Assembly: GCF_000179635.2 (NCBI RefSeq)
Contig: NC_014833.1
Coordinates: 1,440,001 to 1,472,000 of the forward strand
Length of the DNA: 32,000 bases
Source of the DNA: Ruminococcus albus 7 = DSM 20455
Lineage (GTDB): Bacteria > Bacillota > Clostridia > Oscillospirales > Ruminococcaceae
Direction of reading: 5' to 3'
In this document: piece by piece, positions 25,735 through 32,000 of the stretch
How positions within the stretch are numbered: position 1 is the stretch's first letter
How the letters are laid out: every line of letters begins with the position of its first letter
The notes under the pieces: model-generated
Database searches by the model: none
Seen by the model: the letters and a program-made list of their open reading frames with translations, nothing else
What the model was told of the DNA's origin: nothing
Translations under genes and position numbers: made by a program

Positions 25735-26039
25735 TTCTTATCGTCCCCCTTTTTCTTAAACATTCCAAGCATCCTGTCTGTTACAAGATAACCTCCGATA
25801 ACGTTTATGGTAGCCAGTACTATTGCTGCAAAACCGCAAATATTGCTTACCATACCGTCTGTGTGGAGCGCTACTGCTGTTGCAGATATGGCACCTACTA
25901 TCGTTATGCCCGATATCGCATTTGTACCCGACATAAGGGGCGTATGCAGCTGTGAGGGGACTTTGGATATCAGCTCAACTCCCAAAAATCCGGCAATTAC
26001 AAATACGAATACCAGGAGCAGAATTTCTCCTATCGCCAT
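25731..26039 (-). CDS. pntAB: NAD(P) transhydrogenase subunit alpha part 2 (membrane)
   Basis: 102 aa with three to four TM helices (HTPLMSGTNAISGI motif). It overlaps the pntB start. Confidence 0.85.
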   Translation of the reverse strand: MAIGEILLLVFVFVIAGFLGVELISKVPSQLHTPLMSGTNAISGITIVGAISATAVALHTDGMVSNICGFAAIVLATINVIGGYLVTDRMLGMFKKKGDDKK

Positions 26040-26097
26040 TTTTCTTTACCTCCATTAAAATTTAACGAAAACATTTTCGATCATACTATCGCAAATA

Positions 26098-27225
26098 TTA
26101 TTGACCCTTGAAACGCTCGTGGATGATCTTTCCGCCCTGTGTGAGCAAGCATCCGCGCATTATTTCGTCCTCAAGGTTAACAACGAGCTCCTTGCTCTCC
26201 TTGTTGTAGAAATGTGTCAGGAACGCATAGAAATTGCCCGAAAGCATTTTCGATGCATCGTATGGCACCTGTCTTTCCAGCATATCTCCGCACATTATGG
26301 TTACTCCGTTTTCGGTCACAACGTCCTCGAAAAGCTTTGAGCCTTCAACGTTTCCGCCCGTAGATACTGCCATATCCACAACGATAGCACCCTTCTTCAT
26401 CCTGTCAAGAACATCCTTGCCGATAAGACGCGGAGCCTTTCTTCCGAAAACCTTTGCGGTGGTTATAACGATATCGCTTCTTTCGCATACCTTAGCCTGA
26501 GCTTCCTGCTGTTTAGCGATCTGCTCGGGGGTGAGTTCCTTAGCGTAACCCTGATCAGTCTGCCCCATCTCACCCAGGTCGATCTTAACAAACGACGCAC
26601 CAAGGGACTTTACCTGCTCCTCAACTACAGGACGTGTATCGAAAGCATCAACTCTCGCGCCCAGTCTTTTAGCAGTTGCGATAGCCTGAAGACCTGCAAC
26701 GCCGACACCGATTATGAAAACTCTTGCAGGCTGTATAGTACCCGAGGGTGTCACCATCATAGGCAGGATCTTCGGAAGTTTCGCTGCTGCATTAACTACA
26801 GCTGTATATCCTGCCAGTGAGGTCTGTGAAGACTGAACGTCCATTTTCTGGGCTAATGTGGTTCTTGGTATCATTTCCAGTGATACTGCCTGAACACACG
26901 ACTTAGCGAAATCGTTTAACAGTTCCTTCTCATTGAAGGGGTCAAGATAGCTAAGATGCAGCGCACCCGAAGGTATACCTGCCGCAGACTCAGGCTTCAT
27001 TATCCTCAGAATAATTTCGCTGCCCTCATATCCCGCTTCATTCGAGGATACAAGAACAGCGCCTGCCTTCTCATACGCCTCGTCATTGAAGCCGCTTTTT
27101 TCTCCCGCTCCGCGGGTTACTTTCACCTCATACCCCATGGATATGAGCCTTTTTATGTCGTCAGGTATGAGCGATACTCGTGTTTCGCGTTCATCCGTCT
27201 CCCGACATACCAGTATTTTCTTCAT
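26098..27225 (-). CDS. pntAA: NAD(P) transhydrogenase subunit alpha part 1 (alanine dehydrogenase/PNT fold)
   Basis: Rossmann motif VFIIGVGVAGLQAIATAKRLGA. Operon context with pntAB and pntB. Confidence 0.9.
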   Translation of the reverse strand: MKKILVCRETDERETRVSLIPDDIKRLISMGYEVKVTRGAGEKSGFNDEAYEKAGAVLVSSNEAGYEGSEIILRIMKPESAAGIPSGALHLSYLDPFNEKELLNDFAKSCVQAVSLEMIPRTTLAQKMDVQSSQTSLAGYTAVVNAAAKLPKILPMMVTPSGTIQPARVFIIGVGVAGLQAIATAKRLGARVDAFDTRPVVEEQVKSLGASFVKIDLGEMGQTDQGYAKELTPEQIAKQQEAQAKVCERSDIVITTAKVFGRKAPRLIGKDVLDRMKKGAIVVDMAVSTGGNVEGSKLFEDVVTENGVTIMCGDMLERQVPYDASKMLSGNFYAFLTHFYNKESKELVVNLEDEIMRGCLLTQGGKIIHERFKGQ

Positions 27226-27262
27226 AATGACACTCCTTTCGGATTATTATAAAACTAATTTC

Positions 27263-27291
27263 AATATACCACATTTCCCTGTAAAAGTAAA
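27263..27291 (-). promoter_or_regulatory. Sigma-A-type promoter for the pnt operon
   Basis: Minus strand: TTTACT (27291-27286), 17 nt, TGG-extended TATATT (27268-27263). Confidence 0.5.
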
Positions 27292-27412
27292 TATACCGCG
27301 GTGGATTTTTTTCTGAAAAAACTGTGTCGTCAGGTCATGGGTGACCATAGTATTCATAAGTTTTAATTTGAAACTTTGTTTTGGCTAAATTAACAAAAAT
27401 TAAGTTCAGCTA

Positions 27413-27441
27413 TTGTAAAATATGCAGATGTGTGATATACT
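27413..27441 (+). promoter_or_regulatory. Sigma-A-type promoter for the lipoprotein operon
   Basis: TTGTAA (27413-27418), 17 nt, TGA-extended TATACT (27436-27441). Confidence 0.5.
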
Positions 27442-27478
27442 AATATAGTATATGTGCCAGATAAACGGAGGATATAAA

Positions 27479-28732
27479 ATGGATCTGAAGCGTATTTCAA
27501 TATTCGGCATGCTTGCAGTGATGATGTGCTTTTCACTGGGCAGCTGTGGCGATAAAAAAGTCGGTGAGGGCAAAACCAAGATCAGTACGTCTGTAACAGA
27601 TAAAAAGTCCAATAAAACGGACATAAATGCTCCTGATGAACCCGATCCCGAGGCACTGGGCAAGTCCCTGGAATTTATTGAGGACAGTGTCGATTATTCC
27701 GGACAGCTGAAACAGATAAATGAACAGACCGATGCTTTTCTTAATGCGGTCAAGGCAGGAGATATAAACGCTATTTGCGATCTTCTCGAACCTTCCAGCG
27801 CTTATTATAAGTTCTTTGATCGTCATAGGGAGTCTGCACAGCTCAGCAAGATCATGCAGACCGTGTTTGCCGATATGGTATGGACTCACTGGGCAGAAAC
27901 GGATATGAACAATAAGAACTGGCTGCAAAGCGCATATTCCGAGCATGGAGTATATACCCGCAGCTATGTATGTGCAGGTATAAAGGAGATGCTCTTCTAT
28001 GATGAATATTTCCTTTTGAATTTCGGCAAAGGCGATTCTGTCAATGCAAAATTCCGCATCGAAAGCGAAGCTGACAGCTATGAATGGATAGAGAAGACCC
28101 TTGCCATGATGCCGCTTCTGAAGAACAACTGGTCAATAAAATGTACACTTCCCGACAGCAATGGCAAGGTGCTTTTCAATATTGATGAGGATTTCATCTT
28201 TGATTATACCATGCTCATGTCCCTTGATGAGGTCAAGGATGAGAATATGGCTCAGACATACGCCAATAATCTGGCTGATGCAAGGGGAACGATAGAGGAC
28301 GAAAATGCCACCTTTGACAACAGTCCCGAGCTCAGGGAAAATCTTGCGCAGATGATAAAGGAAAAGCGCTTTGAGGACGCATGGAAGTCCCTGAAAGATC
28401 TTGATGACGATGGCTTTTTCAAGGACAAAAAATTGTACAGCGACCTAGATAAAGACGGCAGGAAACGAGTAAAGGATTACATAGCAAAACATACATATTC
28501 CGTGGTTTGCGACCACTCCACACAGGTGTATGATGCCTCGCGCAGACGCCACATCTTCACTCAGATATACTATGAAGCCATACCCGACGATAATGAGGCG
28601 GAAATAGCTGACTGGCTTTCCGAAAATCATATCATGGAGGGCGGAGAAGCCGTATTCTTTGATATTACCAACGATAACAGGCTTGCGACTGCTCTTGGTG
28701 GATATTTCGACATAATCTCAAAACTGGGATAA
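27479..28732 (+). CDS. Uncharacterised lipoprotein
   Basis: Signal peptide with lipobox (MMCFSLGS-C-GDKK). Start ATG 27479 follows a GGAGG RBS. I recognise no domain. Confidence 0.6.
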   Translation: MDLKRISIFGMLAVMMCFSLGSCGDKKVGEGKTKISTSVTDKKSNKTDINAPDEPDPEALGKSLEFIEDSVDYSGQLKQINEQTDAFLNAVKAGDINAICDLLEPSSAYYKFFDRHRESAQLSKIMQTVFADMVWTHWAETDMNNKNWLQSAYSEHGVYTRSYVCAGIKEMLFYDEYFLLNFGKGDSVNAKFRIESEADSYEWIEKTLAMMPLLKNNWSIKCTLPDSNGKVLFNIDEDFIFDYTMLMSLDEVKDENMAQTYANNLADARGTIEDENATFDNSPELRENLAQMIKEKRFEDAWKSLKDLDDDGFFKDKKLYSDLDKDGRKRVKDYIAKHTYSVVCDHSTQVYDASRRRHIFTQIYYEAIPDDNEAEIADWLSENHIMEGGEAVFFDITNDNRLATALGGYFDIISKLG

Positions 28733-28755
28733 TTTTTGTACAGGAGGTCATCCGT

Positions 28756-29610
28756 ATGAGGCTGATGAAGATTAGCCGCGCAAACAGTCTTATGGTAAAT
28801 CTGCTCCACAGCGCTTCATACGCCATGGTCTGCGGTTATATCATAATGATGGTGATATGGCTCATATATGATATGCGCCTTTCGATCATACAGTGCTTCG
28901 ATATATGGATACTTGCCATAATATCTATTTTTGTCGGGCTTGGTACAGTTTCCGCCTTCATAGACATAATGAAGAATGTGGAACTTGATGAACTTGCCCG
29001 TCACAGGCTCACAAAGGGCTATGATGATGAATATTACCGCAAGCTTGCAGAGTTTTCCCGCGTGAATGACAGCGGCAGCGGAACTGTATTCATGGCATCC
29101 ATGTACCTCGAGGGAGGACGTTTTGAGGATTGCAGAGCAAAGCTCAGAGAGATAGATTTCAAAGAACTCACAGGCAGTGAGCAGGATGAGTATTTCAATG
29201 TATGCCTGTATTCCGCCATACTGGAGGGCAACAGGGAACTTGCAAACGATATCTACCGCAAGGCGCAGAGGTATTTTGACCGCGCCGTTATGGGCAAGCG
29301 CAGCGGTTTCATACTTCATACCCTCGGTATGCTCTGCCTGATGAACGGCAGGACAGAGAACGCTTTCAGGCTTTTTCAGTCTGCTATGCGTCAGAATGAC
29401 GACGGACTTCAATGCGAATGCTGCATCGGCCTCGGAAAAGTTTACCTCATAAGCGGTGACAAGGCATCTGCAAAGGATATGTGCTATGCCGCAGCCGAAC
29501 TTGTGGAAACAAGGGCTCAGGCAGTGCGCCTGAAAGAGCTTATGATAGAAGTCGAAGAGGCTTACGGAAGGCCGCACGATACAGATACTACTATTAAGGA
29601 GACTACATAA
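28756..29610 (+). CDS. Uncharacterised membrane protein with a TPR-like helical C-terminal domain
   Basis: AGGAGG RBS. Two N-terminal TM helices, then helical-repeat-like segments (MASMYLEGGRFEDCRAKL, LGMLCLMNGRTENAFRLFQSAM, GLGKVYLISGDKASAKDM). Confidence 0.55.
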   Translation: MRLMKISRANSLMVNLLHSASYAMVCGYIIMMVIWLIYDMRLSIIQCFDIWILAIISIFVGLGTVSAFIDIMKNVELDELARHRLTKGYDDEYYRKLAEFSRVNDSGSGTVFMASMYLEGGRFEDCRAKLREIDFKELTGSEQDEYFNVCLYSAILEGNRELANDIYRKAQRYFDRAVMGKRSGFILHTLGMLCLMNGRTENAFRLFQSAMRQNDDGLQCECCIGLGKVYLISGDKASAKDMCYAAAELVETRAQAVRLKELMIEVEEAYGRPHDTDTTIKETT

Positions 29611-30095
29611 TGCTTGTAAAATACGGTCATTTAATAACATTTTTTATTTCCATGGTACCTATCATCGAACTGAGGGGCGCGATACCCTTCGGCGTGTTGA
29701 AGTGCGAAGTGCCGTGGCAGCAGGCGGTAATAATTTCCATGATAGGCAATATGCTGCCTGTACCCTTCATATTCTTTTTTGCGAGAAAGGTGCTGGAGTG
29801 GGGCAAGGATAAACCCGTTATAGGCAAATTTTTTTCATGGTGCCTTGAAAAGGGACATCACGGCGGAGAAAAACTGAAAGCAAAGGCAGGCGAAAAGGGA
29901 ATGTTCCTGGCGCTGATGCTCTTCGTTGGTATACCTCTCCCGGGTACGGGTGCATGGACGGGCACACTTGCTGCAAGTATGCTTGACCTCGATTTCAAAA
30001 AAAGCGTTATCGCAGTTATATGCGGTGTCCTGCTGGCAGCTGCTATAATAACAGTGCTGACTGTCATGGGCTTCAATATTTTTATCACAAAATAA
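29610..30095 (+). CDS. Small multi-drug export-like membrane protein (COG2426/Sm_multidrug_ex family)
   Basis: PIIELRGAIPFG motif near the N-terminus. Four TM segments. The start overlaps the upstream stop (TAATG). Confidence 0.55.
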   Translation: MLVKYGHLITFFISMVPIIELRGAIPFGVLKCEVPWQQAVIISMIGNMLPVPFIFFFARKVLEWGKDKPVIGKFFSWCLEKGHHGGEKLKAKAGEKGMFLALMLFVGIPLPGTGAWTGTLAASMLDLDFKKSVIAVICGVLLAAAIITVLTVMGFNIFITK

Positions 30096-30207
30096 CAGGG
30101 CGAATTTATGGACAGCAGACCAAAGGATATATAATCAGATGATTTCGGAACAAAACAGTAAAATGACGTTCCGACAAAAATAAATAAAAGATCAGAGGGT
30201 GGAAGAC

Positions 30208-30558
30208 ATGGTATACAAAGACAGGGACATCTCTCCCGAAGCAAGAAAGTTTTACAGGATGCTGAAAGCCAGACCCGCACAGTTTCTTGGGTGCGAGTGC
30301 ATAACTTTCCTGCGGACATATATGGACGGCATGGTGACAGCCGACAGACTTTTCAACGGCACTAAAAACATAATAATACCCTACGGTTTCACGGATTTCG
30401 TTGAGTGGTACTACGGCGACAATACCTGTCAGGACTGCTTTGAATGTGTGCTGAAAGCCGAGGTAGACGAAAAGAAAGCCCTCGATAAATGGTTCAGCCT
30501 GCTGGATGAATACCTCACAGCCCTGGGCTATGATCCCATTGAGATGATCCAACAATAA
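30208..30558 (+). CDS. Hypothetical cytoplasmic protein
   Basis: ATG 30208 lies 6 nt after GAGGGTGG. I recognise no family. Confidence 0.5.
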   Translation: MVYKDRDISPEARKFYRMLKARPAQFLGCECITFLRTYMDGMVTADRLFNGTKNIIIPYGFTDFVEWYYGDNTCQDCFECVLKAEVDEKKALDKWFSLLDEYLTALGYDPIEMIQQ

Positions 30559-30619
30559 CATTACTTTCAGCAGCCGCCTGAAAACAGGTAAGTCAATGAA
30601 AAATTAAAGGGGAATATTT

Positions 30620-31492
30620 ATGGAAATACCAAACGACATCGAACTCTCGCTGATAAAAAAATTCAGGCAGAGTATATGGTCGAGATTTCTTAAAGGCATA
30701 AAGGACTATCAGCTCATACAGGAGGGCGATAAGATCGCTGTCTGTATCTCGGGCGGCAAGGATTCCATGATGATGGCTGTCTGTATGAAGCGTCTGCAAA
30801 GGTATTCAAAGGTACCCTTCGATGTTGAGTATATCGTCATGGATCCCGGGTATGCTCCCGCAAACAGGCAGAAGATCATCGACAACGCCGCAAAGCTGGA
30901 GATACCTATAAAGATATTTGAAACTAAGATATTCGATTCAGTGGTCAACGTAAAACAGAACCCCTGCTACCTCTGCGCCAGGATGCGCCGCGGATATCTC
31001 TATAAAAATGCTCAGGAACTTGGCTGCAATAAGATCGCACTTGGACACCATTTCGATGATGTGATCGAAACCATCCTCATGGGCATGCTTTACGGCTCTC
31101 AGGTCCAGACCATGATGCCCAAGATACACAGCGAGAATTTTGAGGGTATGCAGCTCATACGTCCCCTTTATATGGTGCGCGAAGAGGATATAATCAAATG
31201 GTGCGGATATAACGATCTGAAATTCATCCAGTGCGCCTGCCGCTTTACCGAGGAAAGGGAAGTGTACGATGACGGCAGCAGCAACTCCAAGCGTCAGGAG
31301 ATCAAGGAACTGCTGAAAAAACTCCGCGAGATCAGCCCTGCCATAGATAAGAATATATTCAGGAGCGTTGAGAACGTCAACCTTCAGACCATTATCAGCT
31401 ATCATATCGGTGACGAGTATCATCATTTCTTAGATGAATACGACAAGGGCAGAAGCGTCCGCGGTACGGTGGCAGGCAGCAGCGAGGAGTAA
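30620..31492 (+). CDS. ttcA: TtcA-family PP-loop ATPase (tRNA 2-thiocytidine synthetase-like)
   Basis: PP-loop CISGGKDS and CYLCARMRRG motif as in TtcA. A distal Cys pair is present (FIQCAC). Confidence 0.7.
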   Translation: MEIPNDIELSLIKKFRQSIWSRFLKGIKDYQLIQEGDKIAVCISGGKDSMMMAVCMKRLQRYSKVPFDVEYIVMDPGYAPANRQKIIDNAAKLEIPIKIFETKIFDSVVNVKQNPCYLCARMRRGYLYKNAQELGCNKIALGHHFDDVIETILMGMLYGSQVQTMMPKIHSENFEGMQLIRPLYMVREEDIIKWCGYNDLKFIQCACRFTEEREVYDDGSSNSKRQEIKELLKKLREISPAIDKNIFRSVENVNLQTIISYHIGDEYHHFLDEYDKGRSVRGTVAGSSEE

Positions 31493-31530
31493 TATCGTCG
31501 AATAAGAAAAATGCCGAAATATCGGACCTT

Positions 31531-31544
31531 TATGGTCTTCTTAA
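31531..31544. repeat. Left arm of a perfect 14-bp inverted repeat (TATGGTCTTCTTAA)
   Basis: Exact reverse complement of 31649-31662. Confidence 0.95.
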
Positions 31545-31604
31545 AGTCCGGTCAGGGCTTTCTGAAAATTGATTTGAAAAAATGTAAAAAAATATTAAAC
31601 CACC

Positions 31605-31633
31605 TTTACTTAGTAATTCAGATGTGGTATAAT
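31605..31633 (+). promoter_or_regulatory. Sigma-A-type promoter lying between the inverted repeat arms
   Basis: TTTACT (31605-31610), 17 nt, TGG-extended TATAAT (31628-31633). Confidence 0.55.
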
Positions 31634-31648
31634 TGTAAAAAGATTTGA

Positions 31649-31662
31649 TTAAGAAGACCATA
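31649..31662. repeat. Right arm of a perfect 14-bp inverted repeat (TTAAGAAGACCATA)
   Basis: Exact reverse complement of 31531-31544. Confidence 0.95.
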
Positions 31663-31707
31663 GTACAAAACATAGTTATAGTCTGTGTTCAGATTGGAGT
31701 GATAAAT

Positions 31708-31965
31708 GTGTGGTTTTTTGGTAAAAAGAAGACAGAAAAGACTGAAAAGACTGACCCATATATCGAGATGTACTATAAGGTCAACGGCTGGTGTGATGAA
31801 CATCCCAATGAAGTAATGGAGATCAGGAACTACGTTGCGATGATGGTCGCTCAGGGTATAAAGCCGACATCTGCACTAGTTGAAGAGGCTTGTGCTGACA
31901 GATGCATAGAACTGCCATTTCCTCATAAGGATCTGCTAAAGTACAGTAAGATCAGCTTTTACTGA
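31708..31965 (+). CDS. Hypothetical small protein
   Basis: GTG 31708 lies 8 nt after GGAG. The upstream part of the ORF-track frame overlaps the promoter. Another RBS (GGGAGG) follows at the window end, which suggests an operon. Confidence 0.4.
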   Translation: MWFFGKKKTEKTEKTDPYIEMYYKVNGWCDEHPNEVMEIRNYVAMMVAQGIKPTSALVEEACADRCIELPFPHKDLLKYSKISFY

Positions 31966-32000
31966 AAAAATGCAAAATATAACGGGAGGTCAGATAGTAT

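Noticed and set aside
28816-29640. 274-aa ORF on the minus strand, fully antisense to the 284-aa plus-strand gene.
   Set aside because: The translation is Cys/His-rich with no TM or domain logic and no RBS. The plus-strand ORF has an AGGAGG RBS, TM helices and translational coupling to the next gene. This is a typical shadow ORF.
30106-30561. 151-aa minus-strand ORF antisense to the 116-aa hypothetical gene.
   Set aside because: No RBS and an odd composition. The plus-strand ORF has an RBS and fits the operon direction. Neither ORF is verified, so confidence in the plus-strand call is kept moderate.
1-32000. Looked for defence islands, toxin-antitoxin pairs, CRISPR arrays, integrases or transposases, prophage modules, and tRNA or rRNA genes.
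   Set aside because: No spacer-repeat array, no recombinase or transposase-like ORF, no tRNA cloverleaf-like sequence and no recognisable defence-gene motifs. The window is dominated by housekeeping and sporulation genes.

Overview
The window looks like a mostly core chromosomal segment of a spore-forming Firmicute of class Clostridia, Ruminococcaceae-like (inference from gene content and about 45% GC). I had no BLAST or HMM, so all protein calls rest on motifs read from the supplied translations.

Gene content, left to right:
- a 3'-truncated secreted S8 subtilase
- whiA and rex
- a coiled-coil NlpC/P60 wall hydrolase and spoIID
- a translationally coupled Gfo/Idh/MocA oxidoreductase plus TIM-barrel isomerase pair, with a divergent AraC regulator
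- a CPBP protease, tadA and a DUF1294 gene
- a secreted PL11-like rhamnogalacturonan lyase
- the conserved SRP-RNA/dnaX/ybaB/recR block
- htrA
- a gerA-type germinant receptor operon
- the pntAA/pntAB/pntB transhydrogenase operon
- an uncharacterised operon of lipoprotein, TM/TPR-like protein and small-multidrug-export-like protein
- an orphan small gene, a TtcA-like PP-loop enzyme and another orphan small gene

I saw no CRISPR array, tRNA or rRNA gene, prophage, transposase or recognisable defence system.

The observations I can best support from the sequence:
1. A 161-bp MITE-like element (imperfect terminal inverted repeats, 9-bp target-site duplication, internal 17-bp perfect hairpin) splits the AraC gene. 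Removing it restores the reading frame exactly.
2. A perfect 14-bp inverted repeat pair brackets a strong sigma-A-type promoter near the right end, which makes it a candidate invertible promoter.
3. OmpR-family-style direct repeats lie upstream of htrA and of the wall hydrolase.
4. A repeat-rich intergenic stretch of about 300 bp is not explained by any feature.
5. The lipoprotein/TPR/export operon has no assignable function.

None of these is proven to be a new system. Each needs the comparative or read-level checks listed with it.
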